This document shows positions 13,712 to 25,819 of a stretch of DNA of 64,000 nucleotides, one piece after another; position 1 is the stretch's first letter, and each line of letters begins with the position of its first letter. A program made the translations under genes and the position numbers. The notes under the pieces are model-generated. The model was not told the DNA's origin and made no database searches. It worked only from the letters and a program-made list of their open reading frames with translations. This DNA is from Nageia nagi (lineage: Eukaryota; Plantae; Pinophyta), in contig JBITNC010000001.1 in assembly GCA_050084985.1 (NCBI GenBank), positions 24,366,001-24,430,000 on the forward strand, read 5' to 3'.

Positions 13712-14830
13712 AATCCTCCCTCCTCAAATAGCTTTCCCTCAAGGAATTCCAAATGAATCCAAAAGTGGCATTGGTATTCTTGCATGGTCTTCAAGTGTAC
13801 AAAGTTTTCCACATACTCTTCAAAATAATCCTTTTATGATATCAAGAGGATACAGTCTTGTAGGTGGTTGTTCCAAGAAATAAAGGCAAGAAATATTGTT
13901 GATGGTGCATGTCTTCTCAACATCCAACTGTTCTTAGGAGAGTTTGTCTCAACCCAAGCTAAGCGTAAATCAATCAATTGTGAACTAATTTTTAAGTCCA
14001 CAAACTCTTATCTTCTCAAACGTGGCAATTTTCAAACCAAATCTTTTGAGATTCTTTCAAATTGAATGGTACTTGCTCATGCATAAGGAATAAAGAAGCA
14101 ATGCACATTTGGTGTCCATAAACCCTTGATAATACATACCTTGGTTTCCACAATTATGAGGCTGTAGTGACATGTGTATTTCTTGAAACAATGTACTTGG
14201 ATGCCCCACACTTGAGTGTACTTCAACCACAAATCTGTCCCTTACTTTCACAATCCCAAGGGAAGAAATGAAATAATATGTAGGGTTGTTATATTAATCA
14301 AAAGGATTTTTAGAATCCTTTGAAAATGCCATACCTTGTTGTTCAAAATTGGAGTATGCATTAGTCTCAAATATGTCTCTTGATGATATGTGAAACATTC
14401 TTTTTAGGATGGAAAAGTGATTGAATTCAACCCTCTCATGTGTCCCATGTTCCACTCCTAGCAATGACATATAGTTGTACTCCTGCTATAGTCCCATAGA
14501 TTGCTCTTGGTCTCTTGTGGACATTAATAAATTTTCTTTCTTTCTTCATCTTTCGTAAGATTTTCATATAATTTTGAGATGTTTGCTTGAACTATCCCAT
14601 TTATTGGTAATATTTTTTTTCCTTTTCCCATCTTGTAATCACTATTGTATACCCCAAGAGTATTGTTGTCCCGATTTTTTGTTGCATAGAGCATTCTTTT
14701 GGAAAATTATTCCAACTTCACGCATCCCAAATTAGGTATAGATCCAAAGGATGGAAAAATACTTGATATACAATTATGTAACCCATTTGCATTATCTTCC
14801 CATATGGTGTGAATGTTGGACCTATTCTTT

Positions 14831-17204
14831 ACCACTCCTAGACATCTCCCTCAAAATGGAATGATGCAAAATGAATCGCATCCTCCTCCACCATGTTAGG
14901 GCTTAGGGTGGAATAGATTTGCAACTAATGTAACCATGCCCTAGTTATCATCTTCTTTCCATAAAACATATGCACCTGCATCTTACTAATCTTATGCTAC
15001 AAGTCCTTGTCATTCCTTGAGGTGCTGAAATTGCATGGGCCGTGTAAACTACTTCCCTTCAACCCTAAGATCTCCAGGTAGCCATTGAAATTCACATCTC
15101 TCCTCAACCCTAAATCTAACATGGAATATTCCCTGAAGATCTAATTCAAATCCAAAGGGCCAAGAACTCTACTCTTCCTCACCTCCCCAAACTTTTGCAC
15201 AAACATGGGCTTAAATGATTTTGTAATAACCGATGGCTCCTTTATCCTGCCAACGTCCTCCTCCAGGTATATCCCTAGGAGAGGGTTTGTACCTTGGGAT
15301 GCTCGGTGTGAGTGGGACCTCAAGAATGTGGCCTCTGGATGTCCCATCGACCCATGGTGGATTGACTTCCGATCCCTCAAACTCTAAGATCTCCTCATGC
15401 CTGGCTCCTAATCTTCCTAATCCTCCTCATATGGCTCCTCTATATCATCTCTGGTATGACGTGGGGCCTCTTTGTCTCCCCTAGTATGATGTGGGGTCTC
15501 TCTCTCATCCCTGATGTGTCGTGGGACCTCAATATCATCCCTGATGTGATATGGTACCTCTCGATCATCCCTAGCATGACATGGGGGGTATGCTGCCCCT
15601 CAAGCTCTTCGCAAACACCCAAATGCTTGTTCAATTATCGTTGCATGAAAGTCATCACTTCATTCATGTTGTGGACAGCTGAAATGAGCTCATCAAACTT
15701 CCATTCGGTGGTGGATACTCGAACCGAAGTCAAAATCCTCCTCCTAACATTTTGTGGTCTCTCTTTTTATACATCTTCCTCATTCTCAAATGCTTCTTCA
15801 TTCTGTATTTCATCCATCCAAGGCCTTCAATCCTCCTTTGGACAGCTCTAGAAGGCACCTCCTCAATGTGTGATCTTTTGTTTTTCCTAGCGGATGTCAT
15901 CTTTTTTCGATTGTTAGATTTGGTATAGTAATGATGTACTGCAGGTCTCATGCACAGGCTGACCAAATCCAAGCTCTAATACCACTTGTGATGATCCAAA
16001 ATGCAACTCAAGCTCAAACTAACAAATTCAGACCATTAATCTCTGACGCTAGGCTTAAAGTGTCAAACACAAGCATATAAACCCTCAAGATGGCAATGTT
16101 AGGGTTAGGACATCCAAATCAAGCTGACACAATGCAAACAAGCCAACGTCTGAGCTAGAGTTACAATATTAAGCATTCATAACATCCAATCTCCAACATT
16201 TAGCCAGTACATGCAATAAACAATAAATAATGCTTCATAATGCCAACATCTGATCAGTACAAGTATACACAGCAATAGCAATTCTACACATGCACAAGAA
16301 AGGTATAAACAATACAAAATATGAGATCCAATGCCCTTGGTGGTATATTGAATATACAATGCTCAACAAATATAATACCAAGCCCAAGAGAGCTGACGTT
16401 GGCCTCTCAAGAGCAAATTAGGGCACAACATAATATCTGCTCTCTCTCTGGAAATACTCTGGAACCATAGGACAATACACCTCAAAATAAGAATCCTCCC
16501 CACTAAGGGGCCCTCCTCATATCCTAGATAACCACCGAAGGTAGAAGCAATACCTTGAAATACCACTGGATGGAAAAAGATGCTACACCAATACCATAGA
16601 CAGACATGATCCCTCAGCCTGAAAACCTTCTAGATGTTGCACTTAGGAAAGATTGCTTAGCTTAGTAATGAGACTCTAAGGATTAATATAGCCTTCCTTG
16701 GTCTGGATTACACCTCAAAGTCATCACCCAATCCCCTCATGGCCCAACGTTAGCACTTAATGATCAATCCAGGCTCAATGAGGGTATGTGGGCCTTCCCT
16801 ATGCTCCATGTGGACCTAAGAATGCATGTGTGGGCACCTAGGGGGAAATGTGGGTCTCAAGGGCCAACGTGGGGTCTAGAAGCCTTTCCTAAGTTGGCGC
16901 AAGTGTCTACATGCTCCTAATCTCAACGTTGGGTCATAGAGTGCTCATTCGTCCAATAAATGCTAAATAGACCTTGGGATTCCCATAATCATGCTTTGAG
17001 ATCTTTAAGTATGACAAATACACCTAATCTAACCTTAAGAGGGAGACGTCCCACTTGGGGCTCACAATGTGGTCCATTGCCCTATTAAGTCTCTTACCTT
17101 AAGTTACAATTATGAAAGTGCAATCATACATGAATAAAGTATATTACAAAGAGGAACCTTTCAAAGCCCACACTTAATTAAAATTGAACAAGAGGAACGT
17201 CACA
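14831..17204 (-). mobile_element. Element B 5' part: 5' LTR (17204-15987), PBS (15984-15973) and N-terminal gag
   Basis: LTR TGTGACGTT...GGATCATCACA, PBS TGGTATTAGAGC. Gag MVEEDAIHFASFHFEGDV*EW breaks at 14831. Flank 17205-17209 reads CATTT on the minus strand (TSD). Confidence 0.85.
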
Positions 17205-18303
17205 AAATGCCAACCTCCACAACAAGCAAACCGAAACATCAACCTTCACATAAGGCAACACAAGTTTTGTATTTTGAATATATCATGCAACCTCATCTCA
17301 CTCGATAATTTCTCTAAAATAGTGGATGCCATGAAGAAAACGAGTCGATGGATAGCATCAAGCATCGTTGATGGGATTAAGTTCCGAGTAGTAGGAGGAA
17401 ATCATCAAACTAAAGGGTTAACAAGCATTGAATAGGGTTTTATGATTCCACACAATGTAAAAGAAGCCACCAGCAAAGGAATATTACATTATTTAGAAAA
17501 GTACAATCAATTACATATAGCTCTCACACATAGCTTTTACTTCCAACCACAATAGATTTGTCCTGAGCTTCTTTACAATCCAAGAATGAAACAACCACAT
17601 TAGTGCATGAAAATGAGGCAAATTTACAACTTGGATTGAGATGTATCATAACACGAGCCATAAAACAACCCAACATTCACCATCAAAAAAACCATACAGT
17701 AGGAAGAATAACAACAGTTTCACCTATGAAGAAAGAAGAGAAACGTTATTAATAGTAAATATATAAACTGTGACAGCTCTTAAAACCTTGACTATACAAA
17801 TTTAATGGAAATGGGTATCCAGAACTTTTCACAAAATAGAAAATGGATAACCTTATTGAAAGTTATGCACAGAAAATGAAAAAATTAAAGACTACTCGAA
17901 TTTGCAAGAAAAACTCAAAGAAAGAATCAAGAAATGTCCAAGTAAGATCTTAGCATGGTCTAGCAAATGTTGTTAGTCCTTTATTAGACATAATCAAACT
18001 CTGATACCAATGTAAGGCCCACTCTTAGGTTTGCAAATCAAAATTCTATAAACTCCAAAATTCATGTATTGCATCAATACAACATTCATAAATATAAGGA
18101 AAATTTACTTTATCACTTTACCTTCTTCAAGAGACTCTTTAAATGCTTAAAGACTGTACAAGTTTATTCTGATCTTTGGAATTCCTCCAACACAAATCCA
18201 AAAATATGTAAATATAAAATACTTTCTCATACCTACATACTTATAACATCTAAATCTAATTATTCAGATTCAACCTTAATCCCTAAGGATTAAGTTTCCA
18301 ACA
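17205..18303 (-). mobile_element. Element C 5' part: short 5' LTR (18303-18011), PBS and non-coding internal region (TRIM-like)
   Basis: LTR TGTTGGAAAC...GGGCCTTACA, PBS TGGTATCAGAG at 18009-17999. The internal region is interrupted by element B. Confidence 0.75.
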
Positions 18304-19401
18304 TTTTTCATCATCCTTGTATACATCATTTGAGTAGACCAGAAATCTTGTCAAGTTATTTATCTTGGTTAAAAAGAGCTTTGTATTTGTACAAACAGGT
18401 AGTACATGATAAAAGTTGTTTTCATGATTTAGAACTACAAAATCTAAGAGTTCAAGTATATAGTTCTGGAGCAAACCAGTTCCAAATTTAGTTTTTTAGA
18501 ACTCCAAATCCAAAGCTTTTATTTTCTGATGTAAACAACCAAAAGTTAAAATGTCAATATATCACTTTAATTCACGAAGCATATATGAATAATTTGTTTT
18601 CTTAAAATTAATAGTGTCACAATGACAATGCACTTTGTAGTATCCCAGCAGAAACATCTATCAAGGTTACCACAACTGAAAATTGTTTTTCTTGTTAAGA
18701 TTATGCAAATTTAACACAAAGGAGAAGCTATAGGAAAATCCTGTGCATCAAAAACTGCTATATTAATCAAGGAAGAGCACATGCAAATGCTTAAAATGAA
18801 AAACAAGAGCTCCACTAATTGAGAAGTACTAGTTGTCAGAAAAACAAGGTGTAGATCTGATAATGAAATCTTATACATCCAGCAACTGAAAAAGCACAAT
18901 TCAGTAACCCCCCCCCATAGAGCACATGATGTAAGCAACTAAAACATGAATACATGTAAAAGCAGCTGTCTAATCGGTTCTATTTTTCATTTATCTTGAA
19001 ATAAATGATTGCAATATGTTGTCTTTCTATTACTGCATTCTTTGTTAATTAACGATATCCTAACTATTGCATACATAAGTACATGATGTTTCAATGAAAT
19101 TGCTCCTGCATTAGAGTCTACGAGGATTTTCTGCAATTCAATATTGGACATTCTAGCATATGAGCATATGAAAAATCACCTGAGCATGAGAAAAGATGTG
19201 TGGCAAGCCACATTTAGAGAAAAATGTGCTACTGATTTTACCTGAGAGTTCCACTTTGATAATTTAACAACATATACAAAAATGCATTCTATCAAATTAC
19301 TCTACGATAAAAATAATGTGCATCCAAGAATATATTGATAAGGATCTGCCAAGGGAAAACTCATGGATATGAATATATTGTCGATTCAAACCAGATTCAA
19401 A

Positions 19402-20343
19402 TTATGTTTCACGCTGTGTGTGTGGAGGCACTTGCACGTTAGCTAGGCTTGCTGCCATTGCAGCTGCCAATTCAGAAACATTGGCATATCCAGAGTTGAT
19501 AGAAACTGGCTCTGGCATTGGAGGTGTGACCTGAGGCACCTGGCTAGTGATTGTATTATTCTGAGACAAGGAAAAGTTTTGTACGGTTGTTGTAGCCATT
19601 AAGGCCTGATCTTTCCCTTGGCTACTATTTTCCACTGTTGTGGGATCAGCAACACATTGGTCTTTAGATTTCCCACTAGGCGATGTAGAATCCTTCAGAC
19701 TGGCTGCAATAGCTGCCATCAATTCTTTATCTTCATCATCCGACATACAATGTCTAGAACTGAAGGGTCTTTCAAATGAATCTGGATCGTAAGTTTGAGC
19801 ACTTTCAGTTCCAGGCTGCGGAGAGGCATTGCCTAAACTAGCAGCAATTGCAGCCCTCAATTGAGGATCTTCATCACCACAGTTATCAGTGGTTACTGAC
19901 GTACTTCCTTGCATGTCAGCAGGTGAGTGAATAATCGATACTGGCTCTTGTGCAGGAGAAGCATTATGTATCACTGATGTGGACTTGATGATCCTCTGAG
20001 CATCGTCAGGGGTGAGCCATTGCCCATAACCATTACTACTTTCTGAACTTGTGACAGAGCACTCTCTTGGAAACTTACCCCTGACAAGAAAGATGCTCCA
20101 GCCAGAACCCTTCAATGTATCCAAATAGGCAGAGAGGTAGAACTTGGAAAGATGCTCAGGAGCAGGATAGAGACTATTAAAATTATACCACTCTCCATCC
20201 ACTTTCCTGATGCAGAACCAATGATTCTGGAGGTGACATATAAAACCCTCTTCATTCTGAGGATCTATCTGGGCTTGCCCTGCCAATGGTGAATCCAACG
20301 GGATCACATGAAGATCCCATATTTCTAGAGCTTTCTCTAAAAC
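19402..20343 (-). CDS. ATXN3: Ataxin-3 homolog (Josephin-domain deubiquitinase), coding exon 2
   Basis: VLEKALEIWDL...FICHLQNHWFCIRKVDGEWYNFNSL...GWSIFLVRG is the Josephin C-terminal half with catalytic His and Asn. Three UIM-like motifs (LRAAIAASL, LMAAIAASL, LAAAMAASL). Acceptor GCAG| at 20344, phase 0. Stop TAA at 19404-19402. Confidence 0.95.
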   Translation of the reverse strand, partial: VLEKALEIWDLHVIPLDSPLAGQAQIDPQNEEGFICHLQNHWFCIRKVDGEWYNFNSLYPAPEHLSKFYLSAYLDTLKGSGWSIFLVRGKFPRECSVTSSESSNGYGQWLTPDDAQRIIKSTSVIHNASPAQEPVSIIHSPADMQGSTSVTTDNCGDEDPQLRAAIAASLGNASPQPGTESAQTYDPDSFERPFSSRHCMSDDEDKELMAAIAASLKDSTSPSGKSKDQCVADPTTVENSSQGKDQALMATTTVQNFSLSQNNTITSQVPQVTPPMPEPVSINSGYANVSELAAAMAASLANVQVPPHTQRET

Positions 20344-23111
20344 CTGCGAGTAATTCAAAGAGATTTAGAAAAAGTATGAGACTCCAGTGTCCAATAAATG
20401 CATCAGACCACCTAGTCAATCCTCAATAAATATAGAATAAACATGTTCTACACTTACGCAACAAGAAATGTATACAATTATCTACGAAACCAGACAACTA
20501 TAAAAACCATTCACCAGCAAAGTACAACAGAATCATGTATGCATTTATAAAATTCAAGACGGTGGAAAACATTCGCTTGAACAAAGTCATCCAGTAATGG
20601 GATTTTAAATCTCAATCAAATTTTATTTCCAAATATGAAATCAGAAAATCCTCCTTATTCCATCTGTGATGAGAGAATATTGTATTATAACAGATGAATA
20701 AAGACAATATTCCTGATGTGATCTGCTTACTGCACTAAATCTGAGAACAATTCACCAAATAAAGATCAACAAGTGAGGTATTGTATTGTTAATTATTGAC
20801 TACTAGGAGAACTCCGCTCTCAGATGTCCATACATTTGAGTAAACAAATTGTCCAAACATGCGATTACTAAGATACATTCAACATGGAATAGAAAATAAA
20901 TTAGTTTTCACAGACAAATAACAGAGTTCACATGTAGAAGCCCTCATAGGCATGGACTACTCAGAATTAACAGAAATTGCTATTATAGCACCAGAAAAGA
21001 ATAGGAAGTACAAAGGCTTTGCCATGAACTAACATTATGGTCCACTAATCTTCAATTGCTCCTTTCCTGCCTGAACAAAATACCAATTCAAATAATTAAG
21101 CATGGAATTTGCCACTACCTTGTCTTTCAGCTTTCTCAAACTCTAACAACCCACCACCTAATTCCTTTCACGTGGAAGGATCTGATTTAGTGGAAGGATC
21201 TGATTTTATAGTGAAAGGATTGATTCCTGATGGGTTTTCTGTTCTTTTAGTAGTTCAATCTTCCAGCTTTCTCAAATTCTAACAACCCACCACCTAAATC
21301 ATAAAATCTTTGTGCATAATATAGTCACTCAACACAGAAGCTACCACAATCACAGGATAGTCGATACTGTTGCTGAACCTCAATGAGTTGGGTTGGAACA
21401 TTTAAAAGCGTTTGTTTATGCATCCAATTATGTCATCATAATAAAAATATTGCAGATGACTATTATTTAGTGTTATACTTAGTTTAGTATTTCATACACA
21501 TATCAAATCTGTATAAATACAGATCTTAATATCTTAGATCCATATATGATCCACAAATTGGATTAATATATTAATTTTCCTAATGTATGCTTAAAAATAA
21601 ATTTGGCATTTATATTTGGTTTCATAATTCAGAAGGAAGAGGACTGCCATCGGTTCATTTCTGTCACAAACAGACCACAAGCGGTCCGTTCCTCACATGG
21701 AAAAATGGAAGGTGAAACAGTTTGAGCATTTTGGAGTTACTTGGGAAGCTGACGAGTCAAGTGCAGATCAAGAGGCATCGAATTTCCTTCAAAAAAACTT
21801 CTTAGGGATTTCATTCTTGATCATTGAAGAATATAAAATGGAAATTAGGAGAATTTGGAAGATGGAAGTATCTTCTTGAGCTCTTAGAGGGAAAATTGAG
21901 GAAAAGCCATTGAAGAACTAGACCAAAATCTTCTTGAAGCATTTAGAGGGAGGTTTGAGAAGCTCAATCAAACTTCTTGAGTCAAGTTTGAACTCGAGAA
22001 GCATCTCGAAGAGTAGAGTGGAGGAGTTGAAGAAATGTTGCAGCATTCAATAAGGAGATTTGTGATTGTGAGAGACAGTGTTCTCTTCCATTGACTGTAT
22101 TGTAATGTTTCTTTTGGCCAAATCCATAAAAATGAGCTCTTTTAGTCTGGGTGTACTCTCACATTGAAGGGAACTAGTATTAACATTGGTATTCATGTGT
22201 GTATGCAATTTTCTGTTAGTTTTATGCTAGTAGCAATTTTGTTTTAGTAGACATAGTTTGCAAACCAAATTTGAGAACTTAATTTTGCAGAAAACAGACT
22301 GCCAACAATCTTTTTTTGGGCAATTTAAGCCACCAACGATCCTTTTCTGACAGTAAAAATTGATAAAATTTCTGCATTAGATTGTGTCATATTTGTATGT
22401 GATGATCTCATGAATGGCTTGGCTTACTAAGATTTACAGATCATGTGGTATTAGAGTGGTTACTATTTTTGATGGGGCAATTACTAATCCATTGCAAAAG
22501 AAGGTTGTGGTTGTCTTTTTATGCCTGTAACCAGGTCCAGGAGTGAAAGCAATTTCATGGAAGCAGACCCTGAAATTGGCTCTAGAATTTGGTTGAGAAA
22601 GCAAAGAGAAATGCCCATGGAGAATTATGAGTTGAAGAGGAGGCTCGAAAGCAAGGAAGCAATGCTCAAAGATTTGATCGCAAAATTTGCAAAGTTAAAC
22701 ATCATCAATGCAAGAAAGGAACCAGATGTGGAAGAGAGTTCGCAAGCAGCACAAAAGTTGTCTTTGAAACTAGAGGTGAAATTTGATCTTAAATCTTTTG
22801 GAGGTGAAATTAATGCCGAAAAGCTGAATCAATGGTTGAAGTAAATGGAGGTATTTTTTAGAGTGTAAAAGATTGAGGATGATAATGATAACATTCAAGT
22901 AGCTACTCTCAAATTGGAAGGACATGCTTTGGTTTGGTGGGAAGCATATTGTGATGCCATCAAAAATGGTGATGAATTTAGTGTTTCAAGTTGGAGGAGG
23001 TTCAAGGAGCTTCTACAAAATCAATTTTATCCTCTTGGCCATCAACAAAATCAGACCATAAGGTGGTTCCATTTCAAACAAGAGAGGGCAAAATATCCAA
23101 GAGTACACAAT

Positions 23112-25250
23112 TGTAATGAACCCAAATAGGAGAAACCAGAATTATTCAAAATAATTTTATATCCACACAATTTATGCCCTAGTTTCCAGATCTGAAATAA
23201 ATACTGAAAATAAATGCAAATTGACACAAGAAAAATCAGATCCAACTGAAATGCAGCTTTATTGACCAAGAGAATCCAACACAAATCTCAAATGAGCATA
23301 AACGATACCCTAGAGGGTGGACATCCCTCTATGAGGCCAAAATGTTTGGAACTGAATGCTCAAAAATTCCTCCTTGTCTCTCTAAGGCTGGACATCCCAC
23401 CTTGTGACATCCCTTTTGTATCATATAAAATATTTGTAATGGCCAAAAGGTCTATCTTAGTAATATTCTATTAGTAGTGTGTTATGTGTAACTTCGGATA
23501 GGAGTTTAATTGGTCACTAGACCCCACTACGAACCTCTAATGGGACGTCTCCCTCCCAAGTGTAGAATAGGATAAAATTAAGTGTACTTGGAGATCCCGA
23601 ACTTGATTGTGGGAATCCCAAGATCTTGTATGCTTAAATGACCAGGATGGAGGATTGCATGCTTGCACCAGCCTTTGGGAATCCCCTAGACCCCACATTG
23701 GCCCATCCCAGACTCCCAAGCTTCCACGCATGACACCTAGACCCACGTGGGCATGTGTGGCACCCCTAGACCCTGCGCTAGCATTTATGGCACCTAGGAC
23801 TCCCACGTTGGCATGCTTGATTCCTAGGCACCCACGTTGGGCATCCCGAGCCCTTTGTAGGCTAACATTGGGGCCTAAGAGCTTGGTGGTGATGTCGAGG
23901 TGAGATCCAAGACCAGGCAAGGAGTATAAAGAGACTTGGAGTCTCATTTGCTAGACAGAATTGATTATTATTATACTTACACTTCTACTTCGTCCGATGG
24001 ACACAACCTTAGTGCAGCGCTAAATGTATTCCTTAGGTGGAGCACCAAAGAGGGTTGTCAGGCTGAGGGATCTTGGCAATCTACGGCACTGGTGTAGCAC
24101 CTTTGCCCATCCGATGGTATTCCAAGGTGGAGTCTTTGCCATTCGCGTGGCTACCCAGATCTAAGGATGGCTCCTTCGATGGAGAGGAATCAGGTTGTGA
24201 GAAGGCACTATTGTCCCATCGTTCGTCCAACAACACAAGGAGAGTTCGTCCAACCCAGTTCAGCTCCCAAGAGGCTAACGTCAACCCTTTTGGGCTTGGT
24301 TTTGTATTGTTGAGCACTGTATATCATAAATATAAACCGTGGGCATTTGGATCTCAACATTTGCATTCATATTGTGGCATTGTTTAGTGTATTTGTGCTT
24401 ATGTAGGCCACACATTGGCTTTGTGAGCTTGTTGTGTTCATATAAATGTGTAATTGGCTATTCGTTGGCATTGTGTGATGTATAAGTGCTAGGGTGACCA
24501 TCGTTGGCATTATTTAGTGGTATTGTGTTTGTGGGAGTCCAACGTTGGCATACTAGGGTTTGTGTTGTATATTGTGGATGCCCTAGTTGGATATTTTGAA
24601 ATTGAATTTACAGATATTTGCTTGATATCTGTTTTGGATCGTTACACATCTAGAAGCTCCAAACTGAATGTTGAATGCACAAAAATGTCATTTAGGGCTG
24701 AGCATCTTACTTTGGGACTCCCAATTTCACATACCTGAATGTCAAAATGTTGATGAAGCTCAAATGTGAACCCTGGATAGATCCACCAATGGAAAATTTA
24801 AGGGTTTTTGTCCTCAATTCCTTGGAACCAAGAGGGTTTTCATCCACAAGGTTTACTCTTGCAGGTTTTCATCCATAGGAGGTGGAGAACAAGTTGATCC
24901 AGCCGCTCTCTCTAAAAGAAGAATCAAATTATCTTCAAGCATGATCCTCAAATAGGGCACTCCTTTCTTTTATAGTTGGGCTTCCCTCCTTGTGTGACTG
25001 GGCATCCCATCTAGATGCTTTTAATTCTTGCTTGGGATTACAAATTTCATGTCTTGGGATCTCAAATTACATTATTTCATCGGAGGACATTTAATAATGC
25101 CTGATTATTATTTTAAAATATCAAAAATACTCCTAATTACATTAAAACACTCCTATTTATCCCTATAAGAGGGTCGTCCCAATCCATGTGGCCAAATAAA
25201 CTCATTACAATGCAACAGTGAGTGAGACTTCCAAAATTGGGGATATTACA
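23112..25250 (-). mobile_element. Solo LTR F inserted in the gag of element E
   Basis: TGTAAT...ATATTACA termini, TSD ACAAT/ACAAC. Removing it restores the gag reading QEYTTEFKKR. Orientation inferred from the TGTAATATCCCC start. Confidence 0.8.
23403..24646 (+). mobile_element. Solo LTR G (element-B family) nested in solo LTR F
   Basis: TGTGACATCCC...GGATCGTTACA, TSD CACCT/CATCT. Shares blocks with LTR B, e.g. GGTGTAGCACCTTT and TATTCCAAGGT. Confidence 0.8.
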
Positions 25251-25819
25251 ACAACTGAATTCAAAAAGAGGGTTGCAATAATTGTTGTTTCCTTGAAAAG
25301 CCAAGAGACTTTGTTGAAGTATATTGGAGATTTGCATAGTTATTTTTGTCATACTATTTTTCTTTTTAATCCTAGTGATTTGGATCAGGTTTGTGTTCAA
25401 GCTCGACACTTGGAGGCTTGTAGGAAGTCCAAAAAGGAGGACAAAGATTTCAACAAGAAGCCATAAGGAGATGGGAAAATCAATGCCACATCAAATAAAA
25501 AAGGTGATGGTAAGAAACTTCATTGTAGTCATTGTAATAAAGATGGTCATGATGATGAAAAATGTTGTAAACTCCATCTAGAATTGTTTTCTTATAAGAA
25601 AAAGAAGGAAGACAAGAAGGATGATGAAAAGAAAAATGCATCACTAACACAAATGTTTAGTGAAAGTAACCTAGAAGGTTGTGAAGTTGTTGAAGATTTT
25701 TTCAGATGATGAAAGGAATATTTGGATCGCTATGAGAGGCAAATGTTCAAAGGATGAGGAGAAGAAAAAGGCTCAACTTTTCTACATAAAGGTTCAAGCA
25801 AAGAAGACCAAGATCAAGT

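Noticed and set aside
18886-19241. Possible 3' UTR intron of ataxin-3 (CAG|GTAAAA ... TTTTTCAG)
   Set aside because: Only short motifs in AT-rich DNA. Cannot be supported without transcript data.
20344-20358. ORF-track start MNYSQ for the 318-aa ORF, and the VLNNYA* tail of the 89-aa ORF at 51314-51334
   Set aside because: Both are intronic read-through. The true frame is joined by splicing at SIQ|VL.
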